Below are positions 51,543 through 61,800 of a DNA stretch of 64,000 bases, in pieces. The notes beneath the pieces are model-generated. The model saw only the letters and a program-made list of their open reading frames with translations, searched no databases and was not told the DNA's origin. Source of the stretch: Phaeosaccion multiseriatum (taxonomy: Eukaryota > Protista > Ochrophyta, other classes); assembly GCA_965112735.1 (NCBI GenBank), contig OZ218952.1:5797264-5861263 (forward strand), written 5' to 3'. A program made the position numbers and the translations under genes. Each line of letters opens with the position of its first letter. Within the stretch, counting starts at the first letter, position 1.

Positions 51543-54500
51543 TGTGCTAAAGCTACGAACAGTACAGACAGCTCAGGGGTTTGGGCTAATATATGCCGCG
51601 TCTGTTGCGACGTCGGTGCCCGTATTGATAGTCTCTTTACTGCCCGCTGCTTCAAGCGTGGTCTCTTGTCTTGTACTTGGCAGTCTACAGGTCCCTTCGT
51701 TGCCACCTGGCACTTTCGGGACTCTCAGGTACGTTGAGGCGGGAACTCTCTTTAGGACCGTTCTTATTTCTATAACCCCAGAACGTCCACCCGGAAACCC
51801 CAGGCGAGATGGTCCCTTATCACACTACCCCCAAGCGACAGTCCGAGTCACTCGAGTGCTATAGTACCTGGTGTCTACTACTTTTTTTTCTTCTTAGAAC
51901 CACTGCCGCGTGATCCGCGTCTCTTGCGGGTCGCTGACTGTGCTCTCTGTGTTGACTGCTTGTCTGCAATCCCTTTGAGGTAGGCTCGGACTGCGCTGAC
52001 TTTCTGCTTGTCCGGGTGACCATCCAGGTATTGATTGAACTGCCTGGGGATGTCTGCCATCATAACCTCCACTGGCTCTTCGCTGTTCTCCAGCACCTCG
52101 AACCCTTTCCACTTGACTAACACATGCCACGTGTCGTCAGCGTGTTGTACTACCCCCAGAAACTTGTCTACAACAAAGTCTCGTGTGGTGTACGAAATCT
52201 GCTTCAGTACCTCCGTCGTGAGACCGACATCAGCGTCACAATAGTACCTCAGCCTGCTGATGTGAGCATCAAAGACTCGCTTCTTGCCCACTAGCTCCTC
52301 AACACGTCCATCACCTCGTTCAAGAAGTGATCACCTCTATCACTCATCCACCGCTGGACGATTCCATGCTGCGCGAACCATCGCAGCAGAGCACGATTCC
52401 ATGCTGCGCGAACCATCGCAGCAGAGCACGGGCACGTCCCTTCGCAGTAGCTTCATAGCACGGCTCGTACATCGTCAGAGACGAGAAGTCATCCACTGTA
52501 CTCGCACGAATCAATCGGTCGTCGCCAGCTCGCCCGGAATGTGCTCAATGGTGTCATCAAAGAGCTCACGGGCTCCACCTTGGCAGATGGATCTGGGCAC
52601 AACAGCTTGTTGCGCCACACACGATTCTTCAAAAGAGCCTTCATCATCGGCTCTCTCAACTTGGCGGGGAAGTCATTCTCCCTCACCGTTCTGTCTACTT
52701 CACCCCTTAACCGACTGCGCAGCTCCTACATAGAGGGTGCCTGCCCAGCTTCTAGGCTGTTGGATGAAATCAATGACACTGTCATACTTGTCCACTACTT
52801 CATTAGTTACTTGGTGAGAGCCTATCGCTCCAACCCTCGGGACTTCTGTGTCACTCACCACCGGGAAGAGGTCATCCTCCGGCAGTGTAGGGCTCTCGGA
52901 ATGGAAGCTCATCACTCGCGCGGCGCTCGAACCGTAAGGCTCTTGCTCCTTCTCTGCAAGGGCGCGCCCACGCTCAGCCTCCAACACCTCCTCAACCCTC
53001 TTGACATTGAACTTCTGTCGTCACTGTCGCATACGGCATCTCAAACTCTAAGTGAATGCCCTTCACCGCTTGGCTGGTCTCTGCCAAGCCGTTGGCGGTC
53101 TTGACCGTAACAGGCTCACACGCCTCTATCCTGGCCCTTAGCTTCTCCACACAGAGCTTCGCAATCTCCGGTGTGGTGCAAGCCGCAAAGTCATTCCCAC
53201 TATCCCATATGAAAGGTATCCTCATGAGGGCAGGTACTTCCACCATCTCCGGCTCTGTCTCGCCTCGAATGGTCACAGCGCCTCGATCACCTACTGTGTT
53301 CACGGCCACTGTCTAGTCCGACAACTCCTCTACTGAGGCAGTCCTTGGACGATTGCCAGGGGTTAGCTTCTGCTTCCAAATAGCCTTCTTCTGGGCTCTA
53401 GTGGTTGTTTTGCAATCGCTCAAGCCATGTCCAGGCTTTCCACACCCAAAGCACAATCGGCCAGAGCTCTCTTGGTCTGAGGCACTGCCTCCACCCTTGG
53501 CTCCCGACTCTTCCCCTTCCTTGGCACTACCACTGACCTGAGCGTCAGCGGCCTTGGCAGCTGCAGTATCACTGTTCGGCTGCTGCCGCAACGCGTGGTA
53601 ATCTTCACCTCTCTTGCGTTTCTTGTCATGGCGACGTGGTTCACGCACCGAATCTTGCTTTCTGTCCTCTTCTCCTCCTTCTTCTCCTCCTGCACCCCCG
53701 TTGAGCTTGTTCGTTTTGGCTCCAGGGAAGACTGCTGAGAGGGGAAGATTGATATGACGGACCATGGCGCGTGTCTGATGAAACTTAGTCATGACTTCCA
53801 CCACCGATTTGAACCAACCACTGTAGTCTTTGTGCCAGTCCGTCGGCCTAGACTGCTCGTGGTTCACTACTACTGCGTGCATGCCGACATCAACACGCTT
53901 GATCACTGTCTTGTAAGCAATCATCGCAGCCTTGGCAGGAGATCCTGATTGGGGCTTGCCGTAATCATCATCGTCTGGCTCTGCGTCCCACTCCATGGAT
54001 TTGCGCAGGGGGGTTTTCTTCGCTCGGACTAGAAACTCCGTATGCGAGTACTTAACTGCCTCCGAAAGCTCTCCACTCGTCAACTTGTCGCTGATGTTCA
54101 GCTGCACAGACTGAGCAATGCCCTTCCATGTGACCTCGCCCTTTTGCCCGGAAAACTTGATGAAATTCTCCAAGTAACCAAGGGATATCTTCGCTCGTCA
54201 AGTTGACCTCTGTCTTACCCCAGAACGCAGCAATCTGAGAACGCAGGACCTCATCCACCAGCGTACTCATTGCTGGGATACGGCTTGCTTGGTTGATACC
54301 CTTCATGCGAGCTTTTCCAGCTTTCCAGTTGTAGACGAAATCCTGAACATGGTCCGCTCTCAGAGCCCCTTCCAACTTCTTGAACTCCGACAATACCGTG
54401 TTGGTGGAGTCCACCATGTTGCTCTCTTCTCTCTCGCTGCTGCGAAGCCTCCGCTGATATCTCCCGAAGGTTGCTCCGCTGCTGCGAAAACTTCACACTC

Positions 54501-54803
54501 ACGCCTTTGTAAATGCGAGAACTAGTTCTGTGCTAAAGCTACGAACAGTACAGACAGCTCAGGGGTTTGGGCTAATATATGCCGCGTCTGTTGCGACGTC
54601 GGTGCCCGTATTGATAGTCTCTTTACTGCCCGCTGCTTCAAGCGTGGTCTCTTGTCTTGTACTTGGCAATCTCCCTTCGTTGCCACCTGGCACTTTCGGG
54701 ACTCTCAGGTACGTTGAGGCGGGAACTCTCTTTAGGACCGTTCTATTTCTATAACCCCAGAACGTCCACCCGGAAACCCCAGGCGAGATGGTCCCTTATC
54801 ACA
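51543..54803 (-). mobile_element. Internally deleted Ty3/gypsy chromovirus (LTRs 51543-51824 and 54529-54803; GTAG TSD)
   Basis: Gag with CFGCGKPGHGLSDC knuckle; protease WDSG; pol breaks off before the RT core; chromodomain VKWKGF..EEP retained; frameshifts and stops; LTRs differ by about 7 bp of indels. Confidence 0.92.
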
Positions 54804-57800
54804 GTAGCTGTGGGAGGGAAGGAGGAGGGAGGGAGGGAGGGAGGGAGGGAGGGAGGGAGGGAGGGAGGGAGGGAGGGAGGGAGGGAGGGAGCGAGCGAGG
54901 GAGGGAGGGAGGGAGGGAGGGAGGGAGGGAGGGAGGGAGGGAGGGAGGGAGGGAGGGAGGGAGGGAGGGAGGGAGGGAGGGAGGGAGGGAGGGAGGGAGG
55001 GAGGGAGGGAGGGAGGGAGGGAGGGAGGGAGGGAGGGAGGGAGGGAGGGAGGGAGGGAGGGAGGGAGGGAGGGAGGAAGGAGGGAAGGAGGGAGGGAGGA
55101 AGAGAGGGAGAGAGGGAGGAAGGGAGGGAGGGAGGGAGGAAGGGACGGACGGAGGGAGGGAGGGAGGGAGGGAGGGAGGGAGGGAGGGAGGGAGGGAGGG
55201 AGGGAGGGAGGAAAGGAGGGAGGGAGGAAGGGAGGGAGAGGGGTAGGGAGGGAGGGAGGGAGGGAGGGAGGGAACGGATGAGGGAGGCAGGCAGGCAGGG
55301 AGGGAGGAAGGGACGGAGGGGGGGAGGGAGGGAGGCAGGGAGGCAGGGAGGGAGGGAGGGAGGGAGGGAGGGAGGGAGGGAGCGAGGGAGGGAGGGAGGG
55401 GGCGAGGGAGGGAGGGAGGGAGGAAGGAAGGAAGGGAGGGAGGGAGGAAGAGAGGGAGGAAGGGAAGGAGGGGAGGGAGGAGGGGGGGGAGGGAGGAGAG
55501 GGAGGGAGGGAGCGAATGAGGGAGGCAGGGTGGGAGGGAGGCAGGAAGGGAGGGAGGGAGAGAGGGAGGAAGGGAGGGACGGGGGGAGGGAGGGAGGGAG
55601 GGAGGGAGGGAGGGAGGGGTAGAGGGAGGGAGGGAGGGAGGGAGGGAGGGAGGGAGGGAGAAAGGGAGGGAGGGAGGGAACGAATGAGCGACGCAGGCAG
55701 GCAGGGAGGGAGGAAGGGACGGAGGGAGGGAGGGAGGGAGGGAGGAAGGAGAGTGGGAGGGAGGGACGGCTTGAGTGAGGAAGGGAGGGAGAGAAGAAGG
55801 GAGGGAATGAGGGAGAAGGGAGGGGGGGAGGAAGGAGAGAGGGAGGAAAGGAGGGAGAAAGGGAGGAAGGGAGGGAGGAAAAGAGGGAGGGAAGGAGGGA
55901 GGGAGGGACGGAGGGAGTAGGGGAGGGAGGGAGGGAGGGAACAAATGAGGGAGGCAGGCAGGCAGGGAGGGAGGGAGGAAGGAGAGAGGGAGGGAGGGAG
56001 GGAGGGAGGGAGAGAGGGAGGGAGGGAGGGAGGGAGGGAGGGAGAGAGGGAGGGAGGGAGGGAGGGAGGGAGGGAGGGAGGGAGGGAGGGAGGGAGGGAG
56101 GGAGGGAGGGAGGGAGGGAGCGAGGGATGGAGGGAGGGAGGGATGGAGCGAGGGAGGGAGGGAGGGAGCGAAGGAGGGAGCGAGGGAGGGAGGGAGGGAG
56201 GGAGGGAGGGAGGGAGGGAGGGAGGAAGAGAGGGAGAGAAGGGAGGGAGGGAGGAGAGGGAAGGAGGGAGCGAGGGAGGGAGGGAGGGAGGGAGGGAGGG
56301 AGAGAGGGAGGGAGGGAGGGAGGCAGGGAGGGAGGGAGGGAGGAAGAGAGGGAGAGAAGGGAGGGAGGGAGGAGAGGGAAGGAGGGAGGGAGGGAGGGAG
56401 GGAGGGAGGAAGAGAGGGAGGGAGGGAGGGAGGGAGGGAGGGAGGGAGGGAGGGAGGGAGGGAGCGAGGGAGGGAGGGAGGGAGGGAGGGAGGGAGGGAG
56501 GGAGGAAGGGAGGGAGAGAGGTGGGAGGGAGGGAGGGAGGGAGGGAGGGAGGGAGGGAGGGAACGGATGAGGGAGGCAGGCAGGCAGGGAGGGAGGAAGG
56601 GACGGAGGGAGGGAGGGAGGGAGGAAGGAGAGAGGGAGGGGGGAGGGAGGGAGGGAGGGAGGGAGGGAGGGAGGAAGGAGAGAGAGAGGGAGGGAGGGAG
56701 GGAGGGAGGGAGGGAGGGAGGGAGGAAGGAGAGAGAGAGAGAGGGAGGGAGGGAGGGAGGGAGGAAGCCAGGGAGGAAGCGAGGGAGGGAGATATGGAGG
56801 GGAGGGAGGAGGGAGGGGAGGGAGGAGAGGGAGGGAGGGAGCGAATGAGGGAGGCAGGAAGGGAGGGATGCAGGGAGGGAGGGAGGGAGGGAGGGAGAGG
56901 GGGAGGGAGGGAGTGAAGGAGGGAGGGAGTGAAGGAGGGAGGGAGGGAGGGAGGGAGGGAGGGAGAGAGGGAGGGAAGGAGGGAGGGAGAGAGGGAGGGA
57001 GGGAGGGAGGGAGAGAGGGAGGGAGGCAGGCAGGGAGGCAGTGAGGGCGGGACTGAGGGAGGGAGGGATGGAGGTAGGGAGAGAGTGAGGGAGGGAGGGA
57101 CGGAGAGAGGGAGGTGGGGAGGGAGGGAGGGATGGAGCGAGGGAGGGAGGGAGGGGGCGAGGGAGGGAGGGAGGAAGGAGGGAAGGAAGGAAGGGAGGGA
57201 GGAAGAAAGGGAGGAAGGGAGGGAGGGAAGGAGGGAGGGGAGGGAGGAGGGGGGGGAGGGAGGAGAGGGAGGGAGGGAGCGAATGAGGGAGGCAGGGTGG
57301 GAGGGAGGCAGGAAGGGAGGGAGGGAGAGAGTGAGGAAGGGAGGGATGGGGGGAATGAGGGAGGAGAGGGAGGGAGGGAGGGGTAGAGGGAGGGAGGGAG
57401 GGACGGAGGGAGGGAGGGAGGGAGGGAGGGAGGGAGGGAGGGAGGGAGGGAGGGAGGGAGGGAGATGGAGGGGATGGAGGAGGGAGGGGAGGGAGGAGAG
57501 GGAGGGAGGGAGCGAATGAGGGAGGCAGGGAAGGAGGGATGCAGGGAGGGAGGGAGGGAGGGAGGGAGAGGGGGAGGGAGGGAGGGAAGGAGGGAGGGAG
57601 TGAAGGAGGGAGGGAGGGAGGGAGGGAGGGAGGGAGGGAAGGAGGGAGGGAGAGAGGGAGGGAGGGAGGGAGAGAGGGAGGGAGGCAGGCAGGGAGGCAG
57701 GGAGGGCGGGACTGAGGGAGGGAGGGATGGAGGTAGGGAGAGAGTGAGGGAGGGAGGGACGGAGGGAGGGAGGGAGGGAGGGAGGGAGGGAGGGAGGGAG

Positions 57801-57840
57801 GGAGGGAGGGAGGGATGGAGCGAGGGAGGGAGGGAGTGGG

Positions 57841-58092
57841 TGTTGGAAGGCCTCAGATGAGATGGGCCATAAGTCAATGGCCCAGGCCCAGGCAGATGCG
57901 GTGAGAACGGGTGGCGTGGCTCTCACTATCCTATGTGCGAAGGTGGTCGTTTAGGACTAGCATGCGATAAGTTAATAGAGGCAAGGCTGGCTGCTAGGCT
58001 GGCTTTGGGGTTGCTGTTACCTTGTCCGTGTGTCTAGTTCTATCCTATCTGTAGGCGACAGCGCATGTCGGTCGTGCGTACGTCGTTTTACA
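57841..58092 (+). mobile_element. Solo LTR, family A (inverted relative to the 39677 copy)
   Basis: 252 bp TGTTGGAA...TTTTACA; reverse complement of 39677-39928 with a few substitutions; TSD imperfect (TGGG/GGGG). Confidence 0.88.
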
Positions 58093-58825
58093 GGGGCAAG
58101 GGAGGGAGGGAGGAAGGAAGGAAGGGAGGGAGGGAGGAAGAAAGGGAGGAAGGGAGGGAGGGAAGGAGGGAGGGGAGGGAGGAGGGGGGGGAGGGAGGAG
58201 AGGGAGGGAGGGAGCGAATGAGGGAGGCAGGGTGGGAGGGCGGCAGGAAGGGAGGGCGGGAGAGAGTGAGGAAGGGAGGGATGGGGGGAGTGAGGGAGGA
58301 GAGGGAGGGAGGGAGGGACGGAGGGAGTGAGGGAGGGAGGGAGAGAAGAAGGGAGGGAATGAGGGAGGGAGGGGGGGAGGAAGGAGAGAGGGAGGGAGGG
58401 AGGGAGGGAGGGAGGGAGAGAGGGAGGGAGGGAGGAAGGGAGGGAGGAAGGGAGGGAGGGAGGGAGGAAGGGAGGGACGGAGGGAGTAGGGAAGGGAGGG
58501 AGGAAGGGAGGGAGGGAGGGATGGAACGAATGAGGGAGGCAGGCAGGCAGGGAGGGAGGCAGGAAGGAGAGAGGGAGGGAGGGAGGGAGAGAGGGAGGGA
58601 GAGAGGGAGGGAGGGAGGGAGGGAGGGAGCGAATGAGGGAGGCAGGGTGGGAGGGAAGCAGGAACGGAGGGAGGGAGAGAGTGAGGAAGGGAGGGAGGGA
58701 GGGAGGAAGGGAGGGAGGGAGGGAGGGAAGGAGGGAGGGAGGAAGGGAGGGAGAGAGGGAGGAAGGGAGGGAGGGAGGGAGGAAGGGACGGAGGGAGGGA
58801 GGGAGGGAGGGAGGGAGCGAGAGAG

Positions 58826-61800
58826 TGTAACCAGTCTCGCTATTGCTAGCAAGCGACTAACAACCTAACCAATAAGAGATGCAAGTGCTGGAATAGTTGG
58901 AGGCCTTGCCACAGTCCAAATCAGAGGCCTGTGTCTCCTTTAGGTTAGAGTGCTTATCTAGAAGAGTGAGAGGGCGATCCAGATACCATTCAAGTATCAG
59001 GTCCCCAGGGGTGGAGGCATTTGAGCCTATATGCCTATAGCATGCTATATTGTGATCGCTATATCGATGCACAGGCATGCAAGGGCAACACTTCCCCTCG
59101 AAAGAGAAAGCTCATCTAATATGAGCGTCCATTATCTAGAAGTAAAGTAAAAGGGTACATGTACAAAGAGTAAGAGAAACCGAAAAAAGGGTTCCCTGTG
59201 AGGGAGCTTTATCGGCGGCCTGTCCGTGGGCGCCGTCGAGTCGAGATGCCACGAGACCGAAGGAAGCGTTTAGCGTCCTCCGCCAGTGTGCGACGTGGGA
59301 AAGAAGAAAGAAAGTCCTTAAGAAGTGCAGGAACATCGTCGTGCATGACTTCCAGAGGTTCCCATGTAGCGTCAGCGGCATTGAAGCCCTTCCAGAAGGT
59401 GTAGACCTTCCAGGAATCGCCTTGCGACGGTCGTTGAAGATCCGTGAAGGATGAGACAACCCATGAAGCAGAGTCATGTGAGATCTGGTGCAAGAGTTGA
59501 GTAGTGACGTTGAGATGCTGATCGGCATAGTAGCGTAAGCGACAAGCATGTACCTCAGAAGTTTGCTTAGAAACAAGATGTTCCACTTTGTAAACGAGGG
59601 TGTCAATCTCCTCGAGTACACGATAGGGGCCTTGCCAGACTCCGGAAAGTTTGGAGTAGCGGCTGTTAGAAGCAACAAGAACATAAATGCCCGGCATGTA
59701 GAGGCCCTCATAGTTGAGGTCAGCCGAGATGGCCATTTCCCTACGATGCTGGTGTCCGAGAGAGGTCAGTTCCAGACGTCTGTTGTGGCGAGTGCGAGCC
59801 GTCGCTCGAGAGTGCTCTAAGCGAGCAGCCACTGCAGCATGTCTGTCGTCCAAAACGGCTTGTAGCTGTGCTCCATAAGTTTGGAGTTGCTCTGGAGTGA
59901 TCGAAGTGGACTGAAAGTTGACGTCAAAGGAGTCGCCTCGTTGCAAGACGATATCAAGAGGTGTCGTCGAGCGTAGACCAGTGTGCAAGTAGAGAGGTGT
60001 TTCTTTGCGTGTGGAGCTGATCGTTGTATTGATAGCAGCTTGCACAAGAGGTGTGAGTAGATTGTAGTCGTCAGGGGAGATTCTAAACTCCGAGAGAAGA
60101 GAGCGATACACAGAAACTGTAGTGCGAACTGCTCGCTCTGCCAAGCCATTGCTCCAAGGAGAGTAAGGGGCAGAGAAGCGATGAAGGGCGCGAAGCTCAG
60201 TGGCTAGGCGTTTCATCACATGATTGAGGAAGTGACTACCACGGTCGCTTTGCCATTTGGTTACCACACCAAAGGTGCTGAACCATCGCATCAGTCCGCT
60301 GACTGCGGCGTCCGCTGTAGGGGTGGCACACTCATTCAGCATGGTGTAACCACTGAAGGCGTCTTGAATGACGAGAAGATATGGCAAGGTGGTGCAGCCC
60401 AAGTCATGCATGTGGACGAAATCAAAATGAATCATCTGGTTAGGCTTGGTAGGGTGCACTGATCCACGGAGTGGTCGCGGAATGCGATGGCCACTAGAGT
60501 TGGTCAGGCAATGAAGACAATGATTGACAAAGCTCTGAACATTGTTTGCCATTGTGCTCCAGTAGAAGCGCTCAGAAAGGACTGTCAGAGTGACGTCAAT
60601 GGCACGATGGCCTGCAGACCCTTGATGGGCGATAACTGCAAGTCGGACCTGTAGGTCAATGTCGTCATTGGGTACCCAAATTGGGTTGGAGGTTTCCGAA
60701 AGGGGAATGACAAGAACGTTTTGGATTGGATCCAGAACAATGGACTTGAGACTTTGGGCCTTGGCGAGGTCCTCAAGAGTGAGGTCTCCTTGAGCAGCTG
60801 CTTGTGAAGAGCGTAGCTCATCCATGGAGGGCCATAGGAAGTCACTGTCCATAGAGTCATGAATAGCACCCGGAGCGAAGCTGCGCGTCAGGGCTGCCAC
60901 GTGCACTGTGTCATCACTAGAAGGATCGACAGAGACAGGTGGAGAGTTGGGGAGTGAGCGGAAGCGCGACATGATATCACCCCACACATTCAATTCTCCG
61001 CTCAAGTGGGCAATTTCGTAGTCGAAGCCCGAAAGAAAGACTGACCAACGCTGTAAGCGCTCGCGTGAAGGCTTGTGCACATCGCTGATGATGCTGCTCG
61101 GCCTGAAGCAATACTGTAGGTTGCGATGATCAGTGTAGATGAAGAGATGCACCCCAGAGACTAGCCACGGGAGGCGCTCAAAGACTTGCAAAATAGCAAA
61201 AGCCTCCTTGTCGATGGTGGCATAGTTGCACTGGGCGCCGGTATAACTACCGCTGAGCCAAGCAAGAGGTTCATGACGTTGTTGGGCCACTGGCTTGCCT
61301 AAGTCCTCTGTAGGAATCTGAGTGACCACATTGCCCCAGTGAGGGTTGCTTGCATCTGGAAAGATACAGCGGGCCTTGTCGGGATCAGGATAAGCAAGCT
61401 TGGTCTGAGTAGCCAGCGCGTCATTCATCTCTTGAAAGGCGGCCGTATGTGTAGGGCCCCACCCCACAGAAGAGAGGGAGATGGAGCGAGCAACACGCTT
61501 TGTGCGAGGAGTTGCAGTAGAGGCAGTTTCAGGATGGCGACGCTGTTGGCGATTGGCCGCTGCCTTGTTGAAGACGCTGTGTTGCAGCTCCAAAAGAGGA
61601 GCGACGATGCGTGCAAATTCGGGAATGCTGTCTCTCATCCAACCACATGCAGCAGTGAATTGAATGAGCTCAGCCCCATTTTGAGGTGGCTCGAGGTCGA
61701 GTAAGCCCTGGATCTTGGCAGGGTCATGCTTAACCCCTTCCCCGTCATAGATCTTGCCACAGAACTTCTGAGAGTTCCCTAGAGAGATGCCAGAGAGGCC

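Larger units (their letters stand above)
40700..58825 (+). repeat. Complex purine/GT-rich satellite: (GGGA)n, (GGAA)n, (GAGT)n, (GT)n with higher-order duplications
   Basis: Direct inspection; the + strand is strongly C-depleted outside the insertions; recurring landmarks such as GGGAGATGAAATGGGAGGAG near 43110, 45730 and 48360. Confidence 0.95.

Noticed and set aside
53307-53315. Programmed stop-codon readthrough between gag and protease (in-frame TAG)
   Set aside because: The element has other frameshifts and a large deletion, and the other chromovirus in the window uses a single ORF; a nonsense mutation is simpler.
40686-58868. Very long ORFs (up to 1064 aa) of PPSL/EGGR/HT repeats
   Set aside because: Translations of stop-poor microsatellites, open in several frames; no evidence of coding.
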